A stretch of 63,512 nucleotides of DNA, filler included, from Choristocarpus tenellus KU-1152 (Eukaryota > Protista > Phaeophyceae): the NCBI GenBank assembly GCA_964200185.2. It is 12 parts of 12 records of this genome, joined end to end, with 100 filler letters (N's around TTAATTAATTAA, not from the genome) between each part and the next. Parts side by side here need not be neighbours in the genome. Positions count along the whole stretch, not along the records: positions 11,023 to 14,998 come from CAXNAD020016834.1; positions 15,099 to 18,217 come from CAXNAD020022185.1; positions 18,318 to 26,711 come from CAXNAD020004767.1; 9 more parts are not named here. One strand, written 5' to 3'. The translations under genes were made by a program, and so were the position numbers. Shown here in pieces: positions 11,567 through 24,700 of this stretch; the first letter of the stretch is position 1, and every line of letters begins with the position of its first letter. The notes beneath the pieces are model-generated. The model was not told the DNA's origin and did not search any database. It saw only the letters and a list, made by a program, of their open reading frames with translations.

Positions 11567-13222
11567 CTATAGATGGCGCCGATGCCTGTACAGGACTCCC
11601 GAGATACTCCGACAGTCAAAAGGTCCAACGAGGATGGTAAATATCAGGTCAGCAGATGAAGGTATACTTTCATTCAATACAAGTGTACGGCACATGGATT
11701 AAAAGAAAGGTGGCTTGGTGGAAATCACTTTCTGCCATCCATTTCGAGTTTACAGACGCCTTAAGACATCCCAAAACTATTTTATTCTTAGGTAGCAGAT
11801 CTTACTCTGCAACCCTCAGCAAATCGGAGTTCCCCCATTTGGGGTTCCACGCGCGCGTTTATTGCTCACGCTAGTTAGAACGCAGGAAGAAACACTTGCG
11901 CTATTCTTTTGTAACGATTGTCCCTAGCTTCTTTGAGGTCTTGGGGTTAGAGGGTGTGGCTGCAACTGCACTTTATGGTAATATCTGCGAGAGAATGCGT
12001 GTTTGACACATGTGAGATACGATCAACTACAAAATTTGCAGGTAGTTTGACCCCTTTCTTAGATAATTTGGCAATTTTGACTAAACATCCTCCATCAACT
12101 GCCCATACAGTGAGGGTCCGACTGACCACCATATGTTGCCTTTGGGGATGTATGTCTTCTTCCTGCTGAAGGTCTGCGCCAGTTTTGATGATAGTTTTCC
12201 CCACAGTATCAGTGGCCGGTCGTCTGAGGGCCCGGGAACAATCTGGAAGAAGAGTTTCCGTGCCAGGGGCAAGGTGTGTATTTTTTGCTGTATTCACATT
12301 CGTGGTGAACTGAGATGTGCGATAATTAAAATTGAAAAACGAGCTGGTAGATTTTCGGTCTGAAAAATATGTGTTGGGGGGGAAGAGATAAGAATTGGTA
12401 GGATCTCCTGAGTCGCTGGAATACATACATAACTGTCTGCAAACGACCATTCCCTCCTTGTCCCAATCTAGCGCTGGTCAAAAAGCCGACATAAGGCTGT
12501 TACGCTGACTTCAACGGCAAAAGGTGGTGCAGTCAAATGGGTATGACTATGCGCATTATTCTCATCAGTGTGGAGAGGTCCCAATAACGGGACCTCTCCC
12601 TGACAGTATATCAGACCGCATAACAACTGCATACGATGTGAAACAACAAAGAAAAAAAGTACTGTGAAATACTTTGTACTATGCAGTATTATATTACATA
12701 GTAGTAAGGTTGATGAAAGCCAATGATCTCAAGAAGTTTGGGGGTGATAACTGAGGGATGGAGGACCATGGCAGCAAATCTCCATGACGAGTGAGTGGTA
12801 CGCACGTGTGGATGATGGTGCCAAGGGTACTCCATAGATGGATGAATGTGAGCATAGAAAGGCATCAGCAATGTTACAGGCGATTATCGCAAGTATTTCT
12901 CCTCGTGCTCTAACCAGTCGAGCAGTGTACGCGCGTGTGAAACCCCACAGGGGAATTCCGATTTGCTAAAAGTTGCAGAGTAAGATCTGTAACTTCAAAA
13001 AAAGCAACGGATTTCAGATGTATTACGGCGTCTGTAAACTCGAATAAGTAGATTGATGGATGAAAGCAGTCCGGCTTTCAATCTTTCATCTATTTTTGGC
13101 GTACATTCCCGTTGATTACGAGTACACCTTCCTCTACTGACCTGACATTGACCATCCTCGTTGGACCTTTTGACTGTCGGAGTATCCCACGAGACCTGTA
13201 CAGGCATCAGCTCCATCTATAG
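11567..13222. mobile_element. Non-autonomous element with ~335 bp imperfect terminal inverted repeats
   Basis: 11567-11903 is the reverse complement of 12885-13222 (CTATAGATGG...GATGCCTGTACAGG...GATACTCCGACAGTCAAAAGGTCCAACGAGGATGGT). No convincing internal ORF. Confidence 0.85.
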
Positions 13223-13759
13223 CCCTGTGGATTGGACCTATATATCTTGTGGAGGTAAGTTTTGGAGCGTGCTGTAACAGCAGCTGGGCAATATTATGCT
13301 ATGCTAGAGTAACAGATAGGCGCTTCAAAAACGTACGAGTTCAGACCCAGTCTCTGCTGCCTGATGACTACTGATCATGATAATTTATCCCTCTGGTACT
13401 GGTCTTTTTCTCTCCAGTCTCACTCCTTGATCGTAACCTAATGTTGAGCTTCTCTTCTCGAGTCCCTTTTTTCTCTATATGGTTCATTAGACTGAGTTTC
13501 GTTTTCTTTTCTATTGCTGAATTTTCTTTAATTTCTTTGTACTAATATGGTATATAGTGGTGGATGGGCTGAGACATTGCAAATACTCTTTTCCCCTCCC
13601 CTCTTTTTGGGGGGAGGCTGTTTCTTTTCCCTCTCCTCTATGATATTGACTATATTGATGGGTAAAGGAACATCTGTCGCTTCTCAGGTCTTGGAATTGT
13701 TTTACATATCTTTCTATGATATAGAGTAGTAGTACATCTGCAAAATGGTAGAGGGCATA

Positions 13760-14096
13760 TGTGAAACAGGTGGAAACAGTCGACAGGTTCTTCGTAATGA
13801 AGGGGAGCGGGAAGACCCACAGGAGGAGAGANNNNNNNNNNAGGGAGATCAATCCCTCAGAAGATAACTCAGGAAAAGAGTCAACAAGCAGGAAGAGTAA
13901 AGGAAGGGGGATTTGGAGGGCACTCAAAATCACCCAATCTTACTTCAAGCAAATGTTATCTTCAACATGCAAAAACAACAAAAGTACCATGAGTATCCTG
14001 ATGTTCAAGATAGGTCACCTTCTCGGTATACCTTCTACATGATATTCAAGATAGGTAACTTTCAGGGTATACCTTCTGTGGAATGTGGCTCTCACA
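13760..14096 (-). mobile_element. Solo LTR of the Gypsy family at 21780
   Basis: TGTGA...TCACA ends, perfect 4-bp TSD CATA, homologous to 21780-22084. Confidence 0.9.
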
Positions 14097-14186
14097 CATA
14101 ATAATATAATAATATGTAGTGATGTGAAGACTAAACGTCATACTATGTACGACATGCGTATATATTATACTCGTGTTTATATTGAT

Positions 14187-14491
14187 TGTGAAACAAATGG
14201 AAACAAGCCGACAGGTTCTTCGTACTGAAGGGGAAGGTGAAGATCCACGTGAGGGAAGGAAAAGGAGAGAGACAAGACGAGAGGGAGAGCAATCCTTCAG
14301 AACATCACTCAGCAAAAGAGTGAACAAGTAGTAAGCGAATGAGGGGGTTTTGCAAGGTCCCCTCAAACCAGCCGCTATTTACTTCAAGCAGATGTTACCT
14401 TCAACATGCAAAAACAAATGTCATACAAATATCAGATTCTTCGAGATAGATTACCTTCAAGGTATACCTTCTTTTAAAGATGGCTCTCACA
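14187..14491 (-). mobile_element. Second, more diverged solo LTR of the same family
   Basis: TGTGA...TCACA ends, near-TSD TGAT/TGAC. Confidence 0.85.
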
Positions 14492-15438
14492 TGACCTCGA
14501 TTACAAAACGGACTTTTGCGTTGGATTCGTAGGAATATTTTACAGTCAAAACTAAATTTTAAAGAATTCTACAAAGAATTTTGATCTGAAACAGTTCCGA
14601 AAGAATGGAACTCAGAATAGGGCGTATCCCTTCTCTCTCCCATAAGTCTTTATCGTTGTAGTTTGTTATGAATAACTTTTTCAAATGTGAGATCCACAAA
14701 TAATATCCTTCGATAACTAACAATATCGGCTTCCACATAAATATCTTCAAAACATTTGTTTGTTTTGCTCACGAATTCTGGATTATTATTATTATTTTGC
14801 GCATTCCTATTTTTATTCCTCTATCCTCTATTCCCCATTTGATGATGAACCAGTGCGAATGCCCTTCGTCACTGGTTGCCAGTCATCCCCATTGGATGAC
14901 CAACCAGTGCGAATGCCCTTCGTCACTGGTTGACATCCCTCCCCATTCTATGACCAACCAGTGCGAATGCCCTTCGTCACTGATTGCCAGCCATCCCCNN
15001 NNNNNNNNNNNNNNNNNNNNNNNNNNNNNNNNNNNNNNNNNNTTAATTAATTAANNNNNNNNNNNNNNNNNNNNNNNNNNNNNNNNNNNNNNNNNNNNCA
15101 TGAAAAAAATGACCCCAAATGGACAGCCGCCACCCCCCTCTAGATACTTTGACCCTCATTATCTTGAATATCTTTATGGACCAATCCATGGAGACGAGAT
15201 CAGTTCCCAGGGTAGCATTGTGGTTTGGGATGAAGTTGATTTCAGAGATACAGTCCATGCTAGGCCAAGCATTTATCGGATATGCCCATATCAACGCCAC
15301 TTCAGGATCTTGGACAATATCCTGACTATATTGAATACTCTCATGAAGAAAAGTGAGCAACTACGCATTTCTGAAATCTCCACCCATGAAACACTTGCTT
15401 CCTCAAGTGCCTGGAGTACATTGCTATACTGGCATGAC

Positions 15439-17612
15439 CTTACTGAAGCTCTTGAGCTCCGTCATGCTGGGCTTATCTAGGCAGTTTACTGCATCCTGCG
15501 CTGCCTCCATTGCAGGTTTTGCCTCAGCAAGTTCCTCTTCAGCCTGCGGAAGAACCGAACGAAGTATATTTCTCAATGAGTGTTTGGGAGTACAGTAGTT
15601 GAAGCAGTGTAGATAGTACAGTGGTGGCGAAATTTTCAACAGGCTGGAAGTATTTGGGTGGGGGGGTGGGGGGGGGGGGGTGGGGGGGGGGGGGGGGGGG
15701 GGGTGGGGGGGGGTCTACACCAGGGTGTCCATTTGGACCCTGGCCAGGAAAAGTGCACTTACATTATACATCCGACACATGGAACCAAATCACACAAAAA
15801 TTGAGGCACTGAAAAAGGGGCCCCAAATGGACAGACGCCACCCCCCCCAGATATTTTGAGCCACACTTTCTTCTTGTCAGTTGACTCATAGAGCTAAGAG
15901 TTCTCTCCTGAGCAAAATTTGAACCAGGTTCAACCTAGATTTTTGACTATTTCGAACTCGATATGAAGTCCATCAAAATAAATCCGTTTTTGTATAACCT
16001 GACAAACACAAACTTTCAGTTGTTTTTTTATGTTGTCGAGAGGTCAGTGTTCTCAGGTGCCACTACCACCCTCGCTGGATACAAACGTTTGTGGTAAGAG
16101 GCGACCGTTGCACCAAATTTGGACCTGATAAAAGGTGAGCCAATATTCTGCATGCGAGCGGATTTTCGGCTCATTAAAGACTTTATCAAGCGAAAGAGTG
16201 GATACTGGAGATTACGATTTGCTTAATACATGTCAAAATTATAATGCCGTAAATAGAACACAAAAGTAAGGTATCCATACTGGTTGAGGTACAGTATGAA
16301 TGTTTTGCAACCAGGAGCACTTGTTACTGTAGACTGCTGAGCTGTTCGTTTCTGGAATGTATATTCATGGCTAAACAGGCGGGTTGTAAGACCTGGTCTA
16401 TATTTTGAGGAAGATAATATGGTGAGTACGTGACTTCTTGCAGCTGACTCCTTCCATGATGTATAAGGGATGAAGGATGAATCACAATATCAAATAGATT
16501 ATGTCATCTGTTCCACCTTCTTCAAGCACCTTCAACACATTGCCGTGTGCAGCAGAGATATGCAAACCACCACTGCATCACCCGTAAACGACAAAATTTA
16601 TGCCCAACCTTCATGATCTTAACCTGATGCCAACAAGGCTAATTCTAACAATACCCTTCCAAGAAGCGCAACAACAATGAATAATTTATCCCCCGGAAAA
16701 TTGGATATCTGAACTCTACCAATGTATACACTTCAACCGCCATCAACCAAGATTGATTCCAGGGTTCTCTCAATACATACTCCAATTGAACATAGCGAAA
16801 AAAATACAGCTTTGAAAAATATGTTTCAGACATTGGTATTACCAAGTGACATACTTCCAAGTGTGACTCATTGAATTTGGGCATATATACGTGCTTCATT
16901 TCCCAAACACTATTCGCTACAATTAAGAATGGAGTGTTTACAGCTGTGTCACCTCTCTTTCAATTTTCTGGGCCTCGCTTGCTGCAGTATCTGCCTTTGA
17001 CTTCTCAATGTCAGCAATTGCCTGGGGGATCAAAAGAAGATTGAACATTTGGCCCATGGGCATTATGGAGATCAGGTATGTTCCACCTTGTTCACGCAGC
17101 CCTTTGATAAGAGATGATTGGTGGTCTGTTCAGTTTAGATTCCTTATTTTTAAAATAGCAATCGATATCTTGAATTCCTTTTGGCTATTGAGCGGGCGAG
17201 CAGTATAAAATATTGTGTAGAATAGATACCACATAGTAGTATTTGGCTATACTCATCAGATATTCACACAATTGAAATTCAGTATCGTTGTTGCAGCTTC
17301 TGTCAGAGATGAGTCTAACTAGGAGTGTCTTAGGGTGCGTTCCAGAGGAAAACTCCAAGCATGGTCCACAGCTTGTACCAAGGATAAAGATGAACTAAGC
17401 TGATAAACGTTCATATAAAGGTCGTTTGCTTTGGTCATTCTTGGAGGCAGAATCTATCCTGAGTAGACACAGGGCCAACAAATAATCGAGCTGCCCTTTG
17501 ACCTTCACCACTTGCAAACCTGCTGCGTTTCTGCTTCTGATCGTTGCTTCCCCATCTCCTCCAGAAGTTCCTCTGTGCTCTTCTTTTTTGCTTCCACCTC
17601 CTTCATCTTCAC
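15439..17612 (-). CDS. Dynein heavy chain, stalk coiled-coil exons (17520-17612, 16953-17021, 15439-15543); partial
   Basis: VKMKEVEAKKKSTEELLEEMGKQRSEAETQQ / AIADIEKSKADTAASEAQKIERE / AEEELAEAKPAMEAAQDAVNCLDKPSMTELKSFSK. All junctions are phase-0 GT-AG and the motif is a typical stalk/MTBD entry. Confidence 0.9.
15642..15862. mobile_element. MITE family A in dynein intron
   Basis: Expanded G tract, family A body, 3-bp TSD ACA. Confidence 0.85.
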
Positions 17613-18748
17613 CTGGAGATCACCTCGCAGAATCTGATACAGGGGAAGGTTCAGGATCGAAGTTCTTGCAATAAGCAAGTGCGAGGGAAAACAAAATGTA
17701 GGGAAAGCAATTCAAACCACCAAAATGGAAATTTACCTCACACCTGAATCACGATAATCGATACCTCAATATCCAGTCTAGGAATGCCCATTATATGAAC
17801 CTCCAATCTTTCGCCTCAGGCCTTGGTGTATTGTGGTTATCAGCATAGCTTGATTTTCTTCCTCAATCTTGAGGAAAATCTAGAATCGACCAAATTAGCC
17901 CCAATCTACGCATGACCAAGTGTCTAACTGGTGCTGTCATTGTAGGACCCTGTCATGCGATTACCTCACAGGTTGCCTTGAATACGAAAACAAAGCATGA
18001 ATCTCTACTAAAGATCGACAACCCCTCACTGGCAACGAACGATAGTATATTTCTCTACAGGAAGTTTCTTTGTGCCCCAATATTATATGTGGACCGAGTT
18101 ATCTCTACCAACCCGTCCATATCCTTCTCTAGGGAATTGTCTGACCCAAAGTATCTGAGAGGGGGTGGGGGGTCTACACCAAGGTGTCCATTTGGACCAA
18201 AATCAGGAAAAGTACATNNNNNNNNNNNNNNNNNNNNNNNNNNNNNNNNNNNNNNNNNNNNTTAATTAATTAANNNNNNNNNNNNNNNNNNNNNNNNNNN
18301 NNNNNNNNNNNNNNNNNGTGGCGGCTGTACATTTGGGGTCAATTTTTTCATGTCGAGATTTTTGTGTGATTTGGTTCCATACATCGGATGGATAATGAAA
18401 GTGCACTTTTTCCTGGTTTTGACTCAAATGGACACCCTGGTGTAGAATCCCCCCCCCCTCCAGATTCTTTGGGTCTGAAGAGGGTAGGGTCGCATCCGTT
18501 CGGGATCATAAATCCAATGTTACAATTTTGACAAATTTTGGCTATTGCGTTTGTTAGCAAGTATCCATATCCTTGCTCCAGACACACCTTTCGTAGTCAT
18601 ATACATCTTAGGTAAACTGTGTTCACACAGAAATCCGAAAAAAGGGCATAAAAAACACGTGGGGAGCCAAGCCCCAAACAGACAAACAGGGTACAATTCC
18701 TACCCTCTTCAATGCTTTGGGTCTCAACTTATTCCAAACAAGTCCCAC

Positions 18749-21555
18749 CTCATTGATTGTTGGATTACTATAGCAGCCATTCTCTCACTATTTGCAGTAG
18801 CTATCCTTTGGCTTCGCAGTGCAGCTATATGTGCCCTAGCCCGCGTACAGCGAACAGCTTTCTGAACTCTCAATGCGGCTTCCCACCTGACCCTCAACAA
18901 TTTCTCCTGGTAGTGTGAGACAGAAATGCTGTTAGATAGGGGTAAAAGTTCAGCTTGACACTCCTTACGGTGTAGTAGCTTTTGCTTGGCCTTGAGAAAC
19001 ATATGCTTAGACTCCAAGTATCTTGGGGGGGAAGGGGGGGGGGGATCTACACCAGAGTGTCCATTTGGGGCATAACCAGGAAAAGTGTACTTGCACTATC
19101 CATCCAACGTACGCAACCAAATCACCAAAAAATCGTGACATGAAAAAATTGGCCCCAAATGGACAGCCGCCACCCCCACCCCCAGATACTTTGAGCCTTA
19201 CACCTCACCTCGCAACAATTCCATAAGATCCAACCTGACCTTTGCCCTGGACCAGAAGAATGCTTAGTGGACACTCCAGAGTACTAAACTTGTTTGTTTA
19301 TTTGTGCCACTATCAACCAGCACCCACCTGTTCCTTGACCTCTTTTCTTCTCAGGGCTCGGCGCTGTAATAGTTGTAAGCGGGCAAGTCTTAGGCGAAAT
19401 GCGCTCTGAAGGCACCGGACAGCACTGTTAAAAGCACGCACTGCTTTTTCTGCTGCATAAACCTGCCATCAGAAGATGGAACATGGGGATAGAGGGCACA
19501 TCATGATAGGGACTGCAATGACATACATCATGACTACTCTGCAAAAAAAAGATTGGGTCCGTATTAGTACACGAGGGATGGTAAAGAGTTTTGCACAGGA
19601 GGTCTGACTCCTGACCAGAGTAGTTCTTCCAATTGAAGCTTATTTCTTGGTCCTACAGAAATGGCCTTACCTTACCTTCCAAAAATTGAAGGCCAACAGC
19701 AAAAAATGTTTGCGACAGCGCATGTCAATTCTCTTCAGCAGAGATTCGGCCAATCCTAGGAGAAGGGGGTTGCTCCCCACACCAAAAGGTGTTGGAGGCA
19801 GAGCTTCTCTGTCCTCTGCACATTGACCTTCCTGTGATCCGAGCTCCTGAATCTTTGAGCGTTGAGTCACAGCTCTGAGCTCTTTCAAGCTCAAGGGGAG
19901 ACAACGTTTTGAGGTCCCCCGGCCTTTTGAAACTGCTTTAAGCATGCCTTGCAGCTGGTGAAGCGTACAGAGCAGATTCTTCTTGTGCACTTGTTCGTTT
20001 GCTCCATGCACTTCAAGTTTTGTTTTTGCTGGTCCAGTCAGTGCTGCATAATGTCGCATACCCCACATTGCCTGGCCTTGTTCTACAGCTAGTACCATCT
20101 CCGGTCCCTCTTTCTCCTTGGTACGTTCTATTGCCCTTGCAGCAGTAATTTTTCTTACCTGCACCATTGCATCCCCCCTGAACAGTTCTGACTTGTCTAT
20201 TGGTGCTGGAACAGTTGATAGACGTTCCTTTTTTGCACCTATTTGTCTTGCAAGTGCAGAGTCATACTTGATCATGCTTCGACTCAAGGCCAACCTCTCC
20301 CTCTCTCCATCTACATGAAGCCCGGCTTGAGTTGCAGTGAGACCATCAATGTCCGACTCGAGAAGCCCATACTCCCTCCCTAGCTTGGCATATAGACCAC
20401 TTTTTGATTTGACGCTCAGTTTGCTCTTTGGGAATGCACGTATTGCATTCTCGAGTCCCTTATGGTACCCGTGGGTGACAATTTGGCAGCGTTGGATTGG
20501 AGTAGGTGTCAGGTAGTCTGTCAATCGCCATCCAAGCAAGCAGGAGAACTCTAGAAGTCCGGGATTTCATAATAGCGCCGAGAACAGATGGTTGCAAAGC
20601 ATCTGTGGCTGTACACACATAATAAGGGTGTAAAAGCAGAGTTGATTGGATTGTCACCTACCTGAACCTGCTCGAGCTCAGTCTCTCCTGGGGGAGGAAC
20701 CCGTTGAATTTTCTTCATCATTTCCTTGGAGATGAGGCTTACAACCCGAGTACAGCGTAGATTCGTAGTGGATAGGTCTTCTGCCAACTCCAGGATAGGC
20801 TCCATGTCCACAGGAGACCTGCGCTCGGACTTTAAACTGTGTGGTATTTGTCGAGGACTGACGTTTTCTTCGCTCGCAATGAGGTCAACCGCCTCAGAAT
20901 GTACCGATGTTTTCTTATTTCGTGCCCAACAGGACTTAGGCAGAGGTTTGATCTCGAGCAGACGAGAAGACTGGATGGTTGCAGCAGGCTCTTCTTGCTT
21001 TTCCAGTCCTCTATTTAGAAGGTTAGATGTTGTACATCCTTCAATATTGTCCACTTCTAGACGAGCAGTGAGAAGTACATTTTGGCTGCCGAGAACAGCA
21101 CTCTCTGCCTTGCCTCCTTCCAAAGCTAGACGTTCTCTCCCAGCCATAGCTGTACCATGATGATTCCATTTGCCCCACTGTGCAGACATGACCATATAAT
21201 CGCCCTGCGTGGCAGTGAGGTAGTCCTGAAACAAGAAACGAGCATGCCAAGGTTAGGTAGAAGTTATCTAACGACTGTCGGAAAGATCCGGTGTTGATCC
21301 CACCTAATACTACCAGGAAATGTCGCAATGGCATCCTGATACCTTCACAATGCTGTCCGCCTTTTCCACGTGGTCCACCACGCGCTGGCATGGTTTGTAG
21401 ATGATAGGATTAACGCGTCTCTGCCCCAGTGCGTTGTCCAAGAGGTCGTTGTAAGACGGTTCATATCGCTCTAATAATTCCAAGCGACTAACAATGTGTG
21501 GTAGAGACACACTTTCTGCTTGTATGTGGTCTACTCCTCTATGTCCTGACACCAT
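18749..21555 (-). CDS. Multi-exon IQ-motif protein (approx. exons 21343-21555, 20658-21225, 19676-~20550, 19328-19462, 18749-18906); partial
   Basis: Long open exons with GT-AG boundaries. IQ-like motifs AVRCLQSAFR, AALRVQKAVR and AAIVIQQSMR. One acceptor is ambiguous. Confidence 0.7.
19010..19197. mobile_element. MITE family A in IQ-gene intron
   Basis: Complete TIRs, 3-bp TSD TTA. Confidence 0.9.
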
Positions 21556-21779
21556 ATTTTCGAAGCTCCAAGTACCTCGTATCCTCCCTCTTTCGCTTTA
21601 TCATCCCGCCGTTACAAACTTCCAGTTCCTCCTCGGCACAAAAAGCACCCGAAGAGTCATGGAAGGAATGAAAGTAGGAGTTTCCAATTTCGTTACTAAA
21701 TACCTCGAAGTATTATGTACTTGGATCATAGTGTTCAAAATGTGAGGAACACGATAAATACTATAATAATAGTGTTGTG

Positions 21780-24700
21780 TGTGAGAGCCATCTTCCACAG
21801 AAGGTAGACCCTGAAGGTGGCCTATCTTGAACATCATGACATTCGTATGACGTTTGTTATTGCATGTTGAAGATACCATCTGCTTAAAGTAAATTGGGTG
21901 ATTTGGATTGACCTTATCAAAGCCCCCTCCTTCACTTTTTTCCACTTGTTCACTCTTTTCCTGAGTGATCTTCTGAGGGATTGCTCTCCCTCTGACTTAG
22001 TCTCTCTTAGACCTTTCCTCCTGTGGGTCTTCCCGCTCCCCTTCCTTTCGAAGAACCTGTCCCCTTGTTTCCACCTGTTTCACAGTGGCGACGACGGCAA
22101 TCATTTTGAAGAGGGAGAGTACTTTTCCAGTACTTTTGGGGGGAAACTCTGAGTACATTGCCTGTACTTTGAGCCCCACACATATATACCATGTATTTCT
22201 CACAAATTTCTAAGTTCCCACTCTTCGCTCCAGAATTCCCATATCGAACCAATTCCACCTTTGTTCTGCAGATGGCAATGCTTTGACCATCATGAGGTTT
22301 ATCAGGTTTTCTCTTCAATTAGGTGATATTACAATCCCAGTNNNNNNNNNNGCTTTAGTGTTGCCCACTTTAGGACCTTATGATGTTCTGCTTGATAACA
22401 GTGCTCTTGGTGCTTTTGGAGCGACATATGACTGGAGAACTCAAAGGTTATCATTCCAAAAAAGTGCAACTGTCATACCTGCCATTCATCGTACCACACC
22501 TTTTGATATATCATCCCCTGGTCAAATAGCAGCTATACAAGCGAAAATTCCTTCTACCTTATTTCGTTTGAGGGAAAAAAATTCCATTCCCCCAGAATCA
22601 GAAACGCTTGTATCTGCTGTATGTGAGGAAACTCGCTCTGATACTTGTGATGCTGTTGTATAACCACGTGTCTGTTCATTTCAATATATTAATTCATTAA
22701 ATATTAATGATCCTTGGCAATTTATTGCTGTTGCTCGAACAGTTACAACGTGGGATTCTAATGATGGATCAGGGGTAGTACAACTTGCTAACATGTCCTC
22801 ACAAGCAGTTAATTTGCCAAAGAATACTCTACTTGGTCACATCTATCCTGCAAACATGGTCAATATCAAACATTCTCACACTATCTCTGCAACATCTCTA
22901 TCCGGATCTGAACGAACGCGGCTTGATAATGCGTTGAAACCTGCTTCTACCAACACTACTTTCTCTTCACCTCAAATACAAGAAACACTGAATCGTTGTG
23001 CCAAATTCCGTTCAGTATTTTCCCTCGATACCTCTGAATTGGGAACTTGCACCATTGCTGAAGCCGATTTTCCTCTCGAACCAGGCACCAGACCTATTAG
23101 TCGAGCACCATATCGTACCAATCCACAGGTTAGAGGCATTATTGATAAATGTGTTTAAGATTTACAAAACCAAGGATTGATTGAACCTCGTTCTAGCATA
23201 TGGGGTTCCCCTGTTACTATTGTTGCTAAAGCAAATTTGACCCCGAGATTCTGCATTGATTATCGGCGGACCATAAATAAACACCTAACTAAACGTTCTT
23301 GGCCCATGGCTTTAGCTGAAGAACATCTTGATTCCATTGGTGCAGCAAAATTTCTTCCTGTTGCAGATGTTCAATCAGCATATCATCAGATTCCTGTGGC
23401 GGAAGCAGACATTGACAAGACTGCTTTTGTCACCCAAAAAGGCAAGTTTGTATGGAATTGACTTCCTTTTGGTTTGAGCAATGCTCCATTTATTTTTCAA
23501 CGCATGATGGCTCGAGCTCTATCTGATTTTGGCACGTGGTCAGGTCTGCTATGTTACATGGATGATCTCATTCTTTGTTCTGCCACTTGGCACCACCATA
23601 TAACTTTGCTTAAAAAGCTTTTTATGGCCCTTCAAAATGCTGGCCTTACTTTTAAACATTCTAAATTGAAGTTTGGTCCAGCAGAAGTTGAATACATTAG
23701 TCATATTGTTTCTAGCGCAGGGATACGTCTGGGAATAGCTCGAATTCAAGCTATTGTTGACCTACCCACTCCTCGAACAATAAAGGACATTCGTTCTATC
23801 CTTGGTATGTGCAATTTTTGTCGAAAGTTTATCCCACATTATACAGACCTGACAGAACCCTTTCTAAAATTTACACGTAAAGAGTTCATCTCTCGTCCTT
23901 CTGGTGAAATTGGAAAAGTATGGACATCAGTTCACGACACTGCATTGACAAAAATTAAGACAGCACTAACATCGGCCTCCCTTTTACATTATCCAGATTT
24001 CTCAAAATCTTTTGTGGTACATGTGGATACTTCCAATTTGGGTAGTGGTAGTTTTCTTGCTCAAAAAGCGTCATATGATCCGATGAACACCTCACTTCAT
24101 ATTGGGCTTACTTTAGCAAGAAATTTGATGGAGCACAACAAAAACGTTCAGCTACATACAAAGAATGTTTAGCAGTAGTCCAAGCCATTAACCACTCCGC
24201 ATGAGGATGTCAATTCCGATCAGTTTTGTGTGTAGAAGTCACTGCCGTCCATATCTTTGGAGCCGACATTTTGATTTATTCACTGATCACGCGGCACTCA
24301 GATATCTGTATTACATGCAAGACACAGATAATATGTTGACACATTGGATTCTTGCTCTTCAATGTTTTGACTTTACAGTCCATCACAAACCTGGCAGAGA
24401 CAATGTTGTACCTGATGCCCTTTCTCGCCTTTTTGATATTGAGATTGATCGTATGCCGAAAGTACTTGCTCCTATTTCCAGGAATATTCCAAAAAAAACA
24501 ATGTCAAGTGCGGTAACCCCACGTCAAGCATACGAAATATATCCAGACCGCCTTCATGAATTAGATATAATCCAGAGTGACCGTGAACTATTTAGTAGTT
24601 CTGTGAACATCTTTCCAACTCTGGACCACACCAAAATTCGTGAAGCACAAATGAACCAATTTTCTCTTTACTTTGCGTATTTACAAGCCCCTAATTCAGT

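Noticed and set aside
2985-21555. Apparent cluster of centrosome/flagellar genes (centrin-like, gamma-tubulin, dynein, IQ protein)
   Set aside because: Each gene is on a different contig separated by artificial linkers, so physical linkage is not shown.
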